From: an uncultured bacterium
GTDB taxonomy: Bacteria; GCA-001730085
Direction: 5' to 3'
DNA: 14,293 nucleotides
Assembly: GCA_964565945.1 (NCBI GenBank)
Contig: CAZMGY010000006.1
Coordinates: 1 to 14,293 of the forward strand
Below, piece by piece: positions 7,020-14,293 of this stretch. The translations under genes were made by a program, and so were the position numbers. Each line of letters begins with the position of its first letter. Positions within the stretch are counted from its first letter, which is position 1. The notes beneath the pieces are model-generated. The model saw nothing but the letters and a program-made list of their open reading frames with translations. It was not told where the DNA came from and did not search any database.

Positions 7020-7184
7020 ACCATAAATAACACTATCTTTTAACAAAAATTACACACATGTGTTTATTCTCTTGCATGTTGGTACAGACTCAAGCTCTAT
7101 TTCGTACCCCCACAGCAACACACCGTAGCTTAATTCCACGGTCAAGATCCACAAGATGACACAATAAAAAGCTCTAGACCTTGG

Positions 7185-8063
7185 TTATTCTATATTTTGA
7201 ACCTGTTCTCTCATTTTTTCAAGTTCACACTTAATATCCACAGCTAATTCTGAAATATCAAAATCGGAGCATTTATTCGACATCGTATTCACCTCACGAT
7301 GCAACTCTTGTAAAATAAAATCCAAACGACGTCCTAGAACATCTTCGCTGTTAAGAGCTTCTTTAAAGTGCTTTAAATGACTTTCGAACCGAGTTAACTC
7401 CTCCGAGATGTCGACACGATCAGCAAAAGCACCAATTTCAGTCAATAATCGCCCTTCCTCAATCGAATGCTTGCGTAAAACTTCGCGCATATTTTTTTCC
7501 AAGCGCTCACGATGCTGAACTTTAACGCGATCAACCATCGTTTCAATGACTTTCGACAAAGGCTCTACGATAGCAATGCGCTGCAACAAATCTTTTTCCA
7601 AATCCTTCCCTTCGCCCCGACGGGATTGATCAAATATATCGAGAGCCTGGCTAACCACCTCAGCCATATCTTCATAGGGAATCAGTAACTGATCATCAAT
7701 ACCGTCTATCTGAAAAAAATCTCGAAACTGAGGATACTGTGCTAAAGGTAATTCTTGTTGCAAATCTAAAGTTCGCAACAAATCTTGCACCAAAGCATGA
7801 CTTTTAAACGCCAACTCTTTATTAACAACCATATCAAGCTCAGCCACATGTGCACTGCGATCACAAAAAATATGAACCGTCACGCGACCACGCTTAATCG
7901 TTTGCAAAAGCAATTTTTTGATTTTTTCTTCATAAGAATTCAATTCACGATTGGTCTTCAAGATAATATCGGCATAACGCCCATTGACCGCCTTCATTTC
8001 GACCACAAGAGAGCCCCAATCGCATTCTTTTTGGGCGGAAGCATATCCCGTCATGCTTTTCAT
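7185..8063 (-). CDS. yicC: YicC/YloC family endoribonuclease (stress-induced protein, TIGR00255-like)
   Basis: 292 aa. It has the N-terminus MKSMTGYA, typical of YicC_N, and a C-terminal DUF1732-type segment (RLDFILQELHREVNTMSNK). The conserved neighbourhood with gmk-rpoZ-coaBC supports the call. A strong SD (GAGAGGAGAG) sits in the 18-nt spacer after lon. Confidence 0.9.
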   Translation of the reverse strand: MKSMTGYASAQKECDWGSLVVEMKAVNGRYADIILKTNRELNSYEEKIKKLLLQTIKRGRVTVHIFCDRSAHVAELDMVVNKELAFKSHALVQDLLRTLDLQQELPLAQYPQFRDFFQIDGIDDQLLIPYEDMAEVVSQALDIFDQSRRGEGKDLEKDLLQRIAIVEPLSKVIETMVDRVKVQHRERLEKNMREVLRKHSIEEGRLLTEIGAFADRVDISEELTRFESHLKHFKEALNSEDVLGRRLDFILQELHREVNTMSNKCSDFDISELAVDIKCELEKMREQVQNIE

Positions 8064-8081
8064 AAGATATTCTCTCCTCTC

Positions 8082-10454
8082 TTACAAATCAAAACAACGC
8101 TTAAGTACTTGACTCACATCACGTACAAACACAAAATCTATGGCCTCTTTGACTTCGTTTGGTAATTCATTGTAATCACGCCGGTTGTCTTCGGGCAAAA
8201 TCACTATCCGAATCCCCGAACGCATAGCCGCCAAACTTTTGGACTTAAGACCACCAATGCGCAAAACCCGTCCAGTTAAGGTCACCTCACCAGTCATTGC
8301 AATATCAGCTGGCATAGGCTTTTGACTCAGCACCGAATACAAAACACAGGTCAACGTAATTCCTGCCGAGGGTCCATCTTTCGGAATCGCTCCTTCTGGC
8401 GCATGAATATGGAGTTCATACTGATCATAAAACTCGGGATCTAATTTAAATTTTTTGGCATGCGTCCTCAAATAGCTCAAAGCCGTCTGAGCCGATTCTT
8501 GCATTACATCACCCAGCTGTCCAGTTAACATCAAGCGATCTTTGCCTTTCATCCGCGTGGCCTCAATCGGTAAGATATCTCCTCCAACGGCCGTCCAAGC
8601 CAAGCCCATCACAACCCCCACACGGCTTTTTTTGTGAGCCTCATCATAAGAAAACGGTGCAAGTCCCAGATAGCTCACTAAATCTTTGGGTTTAATGGTA
8701 ATTTTGCGCTTGCGCTTAAGCTCCTCATTGACCAATTGGCGAGCAATTTTACGAAAGGCCTTGGCAATCTTGCGATCCAACTCGCGCACACCAGCCTCGC
8801 GCGTATAACAACGGATGACCTGCAACAAGGACTCATCCTCCCAAACAATCTCGGGACGCTTCACATCACTGTCCTTAAGCGGCACAAGACCATTCATCTT
8901 TAGTTGTTTAGACACCAAAAATTTTTTGACAATTTTTAATTTATCAAGCTCAGTGTAACCCTCTAAGCGAATCATTTCCATCCGATCATGCAGGGCATAA
9001 GGAATGTCGTATTCACTGTTTGCAGTGGCAATAAAAATCACATGCGATAAATCAAAGCCTAAATCCAAATAATGATCCTCGAAATGGTGATTTTGTTCGG
9101 GATCCAGCACTTCAAGCAAAGCCGCCGCAGGATCACCTTGAAACTCATGGGCCATTTTGTCGACCTCATCCAAAAGAATCAAAGGATTATTCACCTGAGC
9201 TCTGCGCAACGCCTGAATGATTTTGCCAGGCATAGCACCAATATAGGTTTTGCGATGGCCACGAATTTCGGCCTCATCACGCACACCACCTAAAGAAATT
9301 CTAACAAACGAACGCCCCATCGCTTTGGCCATTGATTGCACCAAAGATGTTTTCCCCACGCCTGGAGGCCCAACCAAACATAAAATAGATCCTTTACTTT
9401 GTGGGTTCAACTTAGCCACCGAAATGTATTCCAAAATACGCTCTTTAGGGTCTTTAAGACCATAATGTTTTTCTTCTAAAATATTCAAAGCTTTGTGCGA
9501 ATCCAATTGCGGTTCCGATTGGCTCGCCCAAGGTAAACTCAAAGCTAGCTCCACATAGTTACGAATCATCGCCGCTTCGGGAGAATAGGGCACCATTTGG
9601 CTGAGCTTACGGATTTCTTTTTGCACATAATCGGAGCCTTCTTGAGGCAAATCAGCTTGCTCCAATTGTTTCTGAAATTCCTGAACCTCATCATTGGGAG
9701 AAGCCTCTTTTTCCCCCAATTCCTTAGAAATGGCCTTCATTTGCTCATGCAAAATGTATTCTTTTTGAGTTTTTTCCATCTGATTGCGCACATCACCCAT
9801 AATTTTATTTTGCATGCTCACCACATCAATTTCTTGCTGCAAACGCACATTGGTTCGATGCATCCGTTCACGTAACGAGGCTTGCTCTAACAAAACCTGC
9901 TTATTTTCAATAGGAACATCAAGAAAAGTGATAATAAAGTTGGTCACCCATTCGGGATCGTCGTTGCTACGCAACACATCCATCGGCATATCTTCGAACA
10001 CACGACCCATAAGCTGCAAATATTCATAGAACTGTTCCAACAAAGTTCGCTGCAAAGCCAAGAGTTCCGTGCTTGATTCAATCTCGGTGGGAATTATCGA
10101 AAAGGCCGCTCTTAAGATACCATCGGCACTTTGCGTCACATCATGCAAGGCCACAATCTCTTCGGCTTCGACAATCACGCTCAAACTATCATCGGGCAAC
10201 GAATTATTTTGCACAATTTTAGCAACCACCCCCACCCCATAAACATCTTTGGGCTTAGGATCGTCGACATCAGTATCCTTTTGTGCCACAATCAGCAAGG
10301 TATGTTCGTGGTTATCCATAGAGTCTCGAACAGCCGCCAGCGAGGGCTCACGCCCAACCAAAAGAGGCATCCGAATCAAAGGAAACACAACCGTATCCCT
10401 CAGTGGCAGAAGAGGTAACATTTGAATTGACGTACTAGGGTTTGATTTCACCAA
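8082..10454 (-). CDS. lon: ATP-dependent Lon protease (LonA, endopeptidase La)
   Basis: 790 aa. It has the LON N-domain (LPLLPLRDTVVFP), Walker A GPPGVGKTS, Walker B LILLDEVDK, the catalytic Ser in PKDGPSAGIT and the downstream Lys in GGLKSK. The called start is TTG at 10454, with AAGGA 10 nt upstream. GTG at 10451 or ATG at 10421 are alternatives. Confidence 0.97.
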   Translation of the reverse strand: MVKSNPSTSIQMLPLLPLRDTVVFPLIRMPLLVGREPSLAAVRDSMDNHEHTLLIVAQKDTDVDDPKPKDVYGVGVVAKIVQNNSLPDDSLSVIVEAEEIVALHDVTQSADGILRAAFSIIPTEIESSTELLALQRTLLEQFYEYLQLMGRVFEDMPMDVLRSNDDPEWVTNFIITFLDVPIENKQVLLEQASLRERMHRTNVRLQQEIDVVSMQNKIMGDVRNQMEKTQKEYILHEQMKAISKELGEKEASPNDEVQEFQKQLEQADLPQEGSDYVQKEIRKLSQMVPYSPEAAMIRNYVELALSLPWASQSEPQLDSHKALNILEEKHYGLKDPKERILEYISVAKLNPQSKGSILCLVGPPGVGKTSLVQSMAKAMGRSFVRISLGGVRDEAEIRGHRKTYIGAMPGKIIQALRRAQVNNPLILLDEVDKMAHEFQGDPAAALLEVLDPEQNHHFEDHYLDLGFDLSHVIFIATANSEYDIPYALHDRMEMIRLEGYTELDKLKIVKKFLVSKQLKMNGLVPLKDSDVKRPEIVWEDESLLQVIRCYTREAGVRELDRKIAKAFRKIARQLVNEELKRKRKITIKPKDLVSYLGLAPFSYDEAHKKSRVGVVMGLAWTAVGGDILPIEATRMKGKDRLMLTGQLGDVMQESAQTALSYLRTHAKKFKLDPEFYDQYELHIHAPEGAIPKDGPSAGITLTCVLYSVLSQKPMPADIAMTGEVTLTGRVLRIGGLKSKSLAAMRSGIRIVILPEDNRRDYNELPNEVKEAIDFVFVRDVSQVLKRCFDL

Positions 10455-10456
10455 AA

Positions 10457-11746
10457 CTACGCGATCCTTTGAGTTGTTTCGTTATCATCTTGTAACACAC
10501 GCACAGGCGATTTGTGGCCATCCACAACCTCTTGATCAATCACACATTCCTTAACGGTTCCTTCGGCACTCGGCAAGGTGTACATTTCATCCAAAACAAG
10601 ATTTTCCAAAATACCACGCAAAGCACGTGCACCAGTTTTTTGAGCCAAAGCTTTTTTTGCAATCGCGTGCAGAGCCTCTTCGGTGAACGATAAAGCCACA
10701 CCTTCCATATCAAAAAAAGCTTGGTATTGTTTAACCAAAGCATTTTTGGGCTGGGTCAAAATTTGGATCAAGGCCTCTTGCTCCAAAGACTCCAAGGTCG
10801 ATATAATCGGCAAACGCCCAATAAATTCGGGAATCAAACCAAATCGCACCAAATCTTCGTTCGATAAATGAGCCAAAAGGTTTTGCCTCTCTTGTGAGAT
10901 CGCCTTAACTTTTTGAGTCTCATCCGAAATAAAACCAATGTTATTGCGCCCTAAACGTTTGCCCACAATATGCTCAAGCCCCGAAAAAGTTCCGCCAGCA
11001 ATGAACAAAATATGAGAAGTGTCCACTTGAATATACTGTTGCTGAGGGTGTTTTCGCCCACCTTGCGGTGGCACATTCACTTCGTGGCCTTCAAGAAGTT
11101 TGAGCAAAGCTTGTTGCACACCCTCCCCCGACACATCCCGTGTGATCGAAATATTGTCGGTGGTGCGCGCTATTTTATCAATTTCGTCGATGTAGATGAC
11201 GCCTCGTTGCGCTCGCTCGACATTAAAGTCAGCACTTTGCAACAGTTTCAAAATAATGTTTTCGACATCCTCTCCAACATAACCAGCCTCGGTCAAGGTA
11301 GTGGCATCAGCAATGGCAAAAGGCACATCCAACAGTTTCGCCAAAGTGCGCGCCAAATAGGTTTTCCCACTACCTGTTGGTCCAATCAAAAGAATATTGC
11401 TCTTTTCCAGCTCAACATCGCCAAAACGGTCCTGATTATACTGCAAACGTTTGTAGTGATTATACACCGCCACCGCTAAGATTTTTTTGGTCTCATCGTG
11501 ACCAATCACATACTCATTCAAAAGACTCTTCAACTCTTCCGGTTTAGGCATACTTTTAAAGTCAACCGCTGGTTCTGGCTCAGGAGTTTCTGCATCGCCC
11601 TTAGACGGGGCATTTTTTTTGTCCGAAGCATCTTCAATCACACCCATGCACAAGGTCACACATTCATTGCAAATGGCTACGTTGGGTCCAGTGATCAACT
11701 TTTTCACTTCATCTTGCTTCTTTCCGCAAAAAGAACATTTCAACAT
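10457..11746 (-). CDS. clpX: ATP-dependent Clp protease ATP-binding subunit ClpX
   Basis: 429 aa. It has the N-terminal zinc-binding domain CSFCGK...CNEC, Walker A GPTGSGKT, Walker B IYIDEIDK, and the pore and IGF-type regions (IGF in NNIGFIS). Confidence 0.97.
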   Translation of the reverse strand: MLKCSFCGKKQDEVKKLITGPNVAICNECVTLCMGVIEDASDKKNAPSKGDAETPEPEPAVDFKSMPKPEELKSLLNEYVIGHDETKKILAVAVYNHYKRLQYNQDRFGDVELEKSNILLIGPTGSGKTYLARTLAKLLDVPFAIADATTLTEAGYVGEDVENIILKLLQSADFNVERAQRGVIYIDEIDKIARTTDNISITRDVSGEGVQQALLKLLEGHEVNVPPQGGRKHPQQQYIQVDTSHILFIAGGTFSGLEHIVGKRLGRNNIGFISDETQKVKAISQERQNLLAHLSNEDLVRFGLIPEFIGRLPIISTLESLEQEALIQILTQPKNALVKQYQAFFDMEGVALSFTEEALHAIAKKALAQKTGARALRGILENLVLDEMYTLPSAEGTVKECVIDQEVVDGHKSPVRVLQDDNETTQRIA

Positions 11747-11770
11747 GATACAGGTCTCTCAATCTTTGGT

Positions 11771-12373
11771 TTAGGATTTCTTTTTCGCGACTTCGAAAGA
11801 CAAAACTTTGTCCACCAAACCATATTCACAGGCCTCAGCAGCAGACAAAAATTTATCGCGATCGGTATCGCGTTCAACTTCCTCAATGGTACGCCCACAA
11901 TGGTACGCCAAAATACCATTAAGCTTCTCTTTCATTTTTAAAATTTCGGTGGCCTGAATGCTAATATCAGACGCCGTCCCTTGCGTTCCACCCCAGGGCT
12001 GATGAATCATCACACGCGAATTAGGCAAGGCATAGCGTTTACCAGTCGTTCCTGCCGCTAACAACACAGCACCCATACTAGCACACTGACCCAAGCAATA
12101 GGTGGTTACATCGCATTTAACAAACTGCATGGTGTCGTACATAGCCAAACCCGCAGTCACCGAACCTCCTGGAGAATTGATATAGACATGAATATCTTTG
12201 CTGGCGTCTTCCATTTGCAAAAACAACAACTGGGCAATTACAATATTTGCCACATTATCGTCGATAGGTGTTCCAATAAAAATAATCCGATCTTTCAATA
12301 GACGCGAATAAATATCATACGAACGCTCTCCACGCCCAGACTGCTCAACCACCATTGGAACTAACATCGACAT
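11771..12373 (-). CDS. clpP: ATP-dependent Clp protease proteolytic subunit ClpP
   Basis: It has the catalytic Ser in GQCASMGA, His in MIHQPWGG and Asp in DTDRD. The N-terminus [26 protein letters not shown] from the ATG at 12373 (GGGGG 7 nt upstream) matches canonical ClpP starts. The ORF-track start is TTG at 12400. Confidence 0.96.
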   Translation of the reverse strand: MSMLVPMVVEQSGRGERSYDIYSRLLKDRIIFIGTPIDDNVANIVIAQLLFLQMEDASKDIHVYINSPGGSVTAGLAMYDTMQFVKCDVTTYCLGQCASMGAVLLAAGTTGKRYALPNSRVMIHQPWGGTQGTASDISIQATEILKMKEKLNGILAYHCGRTIEEVERDTDRDKFLSAAEACEYGLVDKVLSFEVAKKKS

Positions 12374-12404
12374 ACTACGACCCCCATTTTCTAATTGCAA
12401 AACC

Positions 12405-13697
12405 TTATTTGATCTTTTCTTTCACTTCTTTCACTTCTGCTTTATCAACAAGCATCGCTAAGATTTTATCATCTTTTAAGGACTGCACCAACGATTCTAA
12501 GCGACCTTGCTCCTCCATCTGCTTTTTGAGCACATCACTATTTTGCTTTTGCGCCTTACTTCGTTCTTCAATCGCCGCATCAACCTCTTCGTCTGAGATC
12601 TCGATCCCCTCTTTTTCGCCAATAGCATCAAACAAAAGCTGCATTTTTACCATTTCTTCGGACCGTCCATGCATTTCATCGTGCAAGGTGTGCAGATGCT
12701 CTTGCGCCAACTTCTCCTCAACACCCTGCTGAACCAAACGGGTTTTCATATTCTCCATTAACACCCGCTCTTCCTCATGCACTAGCGACAAGGGTGCCTC
12801 TAGTGGATTTTTTTCAATCAAATCTTTGATTAAAGTTTCTTCCAGTTCTTGCTTTGAACGACGTTCGTAGCTTTCGAGCAAATCATCTTCGATGTGCTGC
12901 CTAAGTTCGGCCAACGATTGAAATTCGCCCATATCCTTAGCAAACTCATCATCCAGAGCAGGAACAACACGACTGAACGCCTCGGTTACGGTCACTTCGA
13001 TCTCGGCCGACTGACCGCGATAACTTTCTTCGGGGAACTGGTCCGACAAGGTCACCTGGGCGGTATGAGAAGCTCCAGACTGCAAACCGACCAAAACATC
13101 AATAAGATCTTTAAGACTGTGATTTTTCACAATCATGGTGCGAAATTTTTTGTCTTCCTTAACGGTGTTACCCTCGACGCAAATCGCATAATCAACCGCA
13201 CAGGAATCATTCCACTCCAAAACTTCATCATCTTTTTTGGGCTCAAAAGTAGCTCTCTGCGACTGCAAATAGTTGAGAGTTTCTTGCACCTTGCCGTCGG
13301 GCAAGGCATAAAGTATTTTGGCTAATTTGAGGCCTTTGTACTTTTTAAGCTTAATGGGCGGCTTCACATCAACCAAAATCGATAAAACCATCGGTTGACC
13401 TTCGGCAACATCAATTTTTTCGACAATCGGATAAAAAACAGGCTTAATATTTTGGTTGGCAAGTACTTTTGGGTAAATCGTTTGAAACAAGCGCTGAATC
13501 ACTTCGTTTTTAATATCCTCTTCAAAACGCTTTTTCACAATATCGGAAGGCACTTTGCCCTGACGAAAGCCAGGAATTTTGGCTTTGCGCACAAACTCAG
13601 ACGCAATGCTATTAATGGTGGGTTGCACATCATGAGAAGGAACCTCGACATTCAAACGACGACGCGACACAGAAATTTCTTCTACCTGAACCTTCAT
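12405..13697 (-). CDS. tig: Trigger factor (ribosome-associated PPIase chaperone)
   Basis: 430 aa. It has the N-terminal ribosome-binding signature GFRQGKVP, a central FKBP-like domain and a K/E-rich C-terminal arm. The canonical position upstream of clpP-clpX-lon supports the call. An AAAGG SD-like sequence precedes the ATG. Confidence 0.95.
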   Translation of the reverse strand: MKVQVEEISVSRRRLNVEVPSHDVQPTINSIASEFVRKAKIPGFRQGKVPSDIVKKRFEEDIKNEVIQRLFQTIYPKVLANQNIKPVFYPIVEKIDVAEGQPMVLSILVDVKPPIKLKKYKGLKLAKILYALPDGKVQETLNYLQSQRATFEPKKDDEVLEWNDSCAVDYAICVEGNTVKEDKKFRTMIVKNHSLKDLIDVLVGLQSGASHTAQVTLSDQFPEESYRGQSAEIEVTVTEAFSRVVPALDDEFAKDMGEFQSLAELRQHIEDDLLESYERRSKQELEETLIKDLIEKNPLEAPLSLVHEEERVLMENMKTRLVQQGVEEKLAQEHLHTLHDEMHGRSEEMVKMQLLFDAIGEKEGIEISDEEVDAAIEERSKAQKQNSDVLKKQMEEQGRLESLVQSLKDDKILAMLVDKAEVKEVKEKIK

Positions 13698-13773
13698 ACC
13701 AAACCTTTCTTTTATTTCTTCCTTGTGTTTAAGAATGATCCATGAAAAATGTGGACTCCTAGATTATTTTATT

Positions 13774-13848
13774 TGGAGCGGGAAAGGGGATTCGAACCCC
13801 CGACATCAACCTTGGCAAGGTCGTGCTCTACCCCTGAGCTACTCCCGC
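13774..13848 (-). tRNA. tRNA-Gly (anticodon GCC), 3' CCA genomically encoded
   Basis: Hand-folded cloverleaf: GCGGGAG/TTCCCGC acceptor stem, D arm GCTC-AGGGGTA-GAGC, anticodon stem CGACC/GGTTG with loop TTGCCAA, T arm GGGGG-TTCGAAT-CCCCT, then discriminator T and CCA. 75 nt. Confidence 0.93.
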
Positions 13849-13874
13849 CCAAAAAAAATAATCACCAATTATCA

Positions 13875-13956
13875 TGCGAAAGATGGGAGTCGAACCCACA
13901 CACCCGAAGGCGCTAGATCCTAAGTCTAGTGCGTCTACCAGTTCCGCCACTTTCGC
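13875..13956 (-). tRNA. tRNA-Leu (anticodon UAG), class II with long variable arm, no encoded CCA
   Basis: Hand-folded: acceptor GCGAAAG/CTTTCGC, D region GCGGAACTGGTAGACGC, anticodon stem CTAGA/TCTAG with loop CTTAGGA, variable arm around GCCTTCGGGT, T arm GTGGG-TTCGACT-CCCAT, discriminator A. 82 nt. Confidence 0.92.
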
Positions 13957-13983
13957 AAAAAGCCTTTATTCAAAATCTTTTTT

Positions 13984-14056
13984 TGCCCACACTAGGTCTC
14001 GAACCTAGGACACCCTGATTAAGAGTCAGGTGCTCTACCAACTGAGCTATGTGGGC
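13984..14056 (-). tRNA. tRNA-Lys (anticodon CUU), no encoded CCA
   Basis: Hand-folded: acceptor GCCCACA/TGTGGGC, D arm GCTC-AGTTGGT-AGAGC, anticodon stem CCTGA/TCAGG with loop CTCTTAA, T arm CTAGG-TTCGAGA-CCTAG, discriminator A. 73 nt. Confidence 0.93.
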
Positions 14057-14071
14057 CATAAGCAGACGAGT

Positions 14072-14100
14072 ATTGTAACAAACAGCACAATAATCGTCAA
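14072..14100 (-). promoter_or_regulatory. Sigma70-type promoter for the tRNA cluster (and possibly tig onward)
   Basis: The minus strand reads TTGACG (14100-14095), a 17-nt spacer, then TACAAT (14077-14072). The -10 element ends 15 nt upstream of the tRNA-Lys 5' end. The promoter lies immediately downstream of a terminator hairpin. Confidence 0.7.
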
Positions 14101-14108
14101 CGGCGTTT

Positions 14109-14143
14109 AAAACCCCCTTTCCCCTTGATTAAGGGGAGAGGGG
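14109..14143 (-). terminator. Rho-independent terminator of the upstream (partial) minus-strand gene
   Basis: A 13-bp GC-rich stem (CCCCTTTCCCCTT / AAGGGGAGAGGGG, with one G-U pair) has a 4-nt GATT loop (14114-14143). On the minus strand it is followed by G-TTTT-AAA. It starts 18 nt after the TAG of the partial CDS. The U-tract is short (4 nt). Confidence 0.65.
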
Positions 14144-14161
14144 AAATTTAAGACAGAAAGA

Positions 14162-14293
14162 CTATGCAGAAACAAGAACCTTCAAATCGTTCTCAAAAAA
14201 GGCAATGTTTTGTGGCAAAGCACTATTGGTTTGCGCCGCAATTTTGACTTGCTCCCACACAGTGCTCGTAGATTGCTCATTTAACTCTAGAGC
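14162..14293 (-). CDS. 3' end of an unidentified CDS (partial, runs off the window end)
   Basis: This is the only minus frame open from the window edge (43 codons: ALELNEQSTSTVWEQVKIAAQTNSALPQNIAFFENDLKVLVSA*), ending at TAG 14162-14164. A strong hairpin terminator follows 18 nt downstream. I recognise no family. Confidence 0.4.
   Translation of the reverse strand, partial: ALELNEQSTSTVWEQVKIAAQTNSALPQNIAFFENDLKVLVSA

Noticed and set aside
96-7150. GGTCAAG-type heptamers (96-102 and 7140-7146), reminiscent of CtsR operator half-sites (GGTCAAA).
   Set aside because: These are single, non-tandem copies. They are not upstream of clpP, clpX or lon and are in the wrong orientation and context. 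There is no direct-repeat architecture.
7058-7159. A 33-codon plus-strand ORF (MCLFSCMLVQTQALFRTPTATHRSLIPRSRSTR) inside the yicC-gmk gap.
   Set aside because: It has no SD, sits on the opposite strand to everything else, has an unremarkable peptide, and is of a length expected by chance.
12382-12389. CCCCATTT, resembling the sigma32 -10 element (CCCCATNT), at the tig/clpP junction. This would be attractive for a heat-shock protease operon.
   Set aside because: It is on the plus strand, antisense to clpP. The nearest -35-like TTGGAA is about 21 nt away, which is too far. On the coding strand the same bases are the GGGGG SD-like run upstream of the clpP ATG.
12417-12438. A tandem 9-nt repeat (TTCTTTCAC x2) at the 3' end of tig.
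   Set aside because: It simply encodes the KEVKEVKEK stretch of the K/E-rich trigger-factor C-terminus. It is a coding low-complexity region, not a regulatory or mobile repeat.
7785-13325. Further long plus-strand ORFs: 7785-8165, 9072-10418 (several), 10970-11479 (169 aa), 11498-11941 (147 aa), 12355-12732 (125 aa, Ser/Cys-rich) and 12894-13325 (143 aa).
   Set aside because: All are antisense to yicC, lon, clpX, clpP and tig, whose identities are unambiguous. Their compositions mirror the complement of K/E/D-rich coding sequence (F/L/S/C-rich). They have no motifs and no translation signals.
13723-13923. A 66-aa plus-strand ORF in the tig-upstream region.
   Set aside because: It runs straight through tRNA-Gly and tRNA-Leu on the opposite strand. 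Its open frame is an accident of tRNA sequence.
1-14293. I looked for CRISPR repeats, IS or transposase ends, integrase or att sites next to the tRNAs, toxin-antitoxin pairs, defence-system genes, in-frame stop codons suggesting recoding, and riboswitch-like leaders.
   Set aside because: None were found. Every sizeable ORF on the coding strand is a recognisable housekeeping family of normal length. The tRNA genes are intact with no flanking direct repeats or integrase. All genes terminate normally under the standard code. The leaders are too short for riboswitches, except the 7020-7184 gap, which matched nothing I recognise.

Overview
This window looks like an ordinary, very compact core-genome (housekeeping) region from a moderately AT-rich bacterium using the standard genetic code. 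I found no convincing novel system. All confidently called genes are on the minus strand. Read in the direction of transcription (high to low coordinates), the window contains:
- the 3' end of an unidentified CDS, followed by an intrinsic terminator;
- a near-consensus sigma70-type promoter driving three tRNAs (Lys-CUU, Leu-UAG, Gly-GCC);
- the classic proteostasis block tig-clpP-clpX-lon, followed tightly by yicC;
- a roughly 140-165 nt gap, the only substantial internal non-coding stretch;
- an almost spacer-free string: gmk, rpoZ, coaC, coaB, a ComFB-like gene, ybeY, a CorC/TlyC-type CNNM transporter, a DUF502 gene, bioA and comF(C).
I saw no CRISPR array, transposase, integrase, phage, toxin-antitoxin or defence-like genes. 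All family assignments come from motif recognition in the supplied translations, because no database search was possible. Items worth a modest second look:
- an orphan ComFB-like small protein translationally coupled to ybeY, with a G8 homopolymer at its ribosome-binding site;
- coaC and coaB as separate ORFs overlapping by ATGA rather than a fused coaBC;
- a YbeY whose third metal-ligand His is Asp;
- a CoaC whose PXMN motif reads PSMS;
- the single internal non-coding gap, with a 10-bp palindrome, at the position where Firmicutes carry remA.
The many long plus-strand ORFs are antisense shadow ORFs and were rejected.
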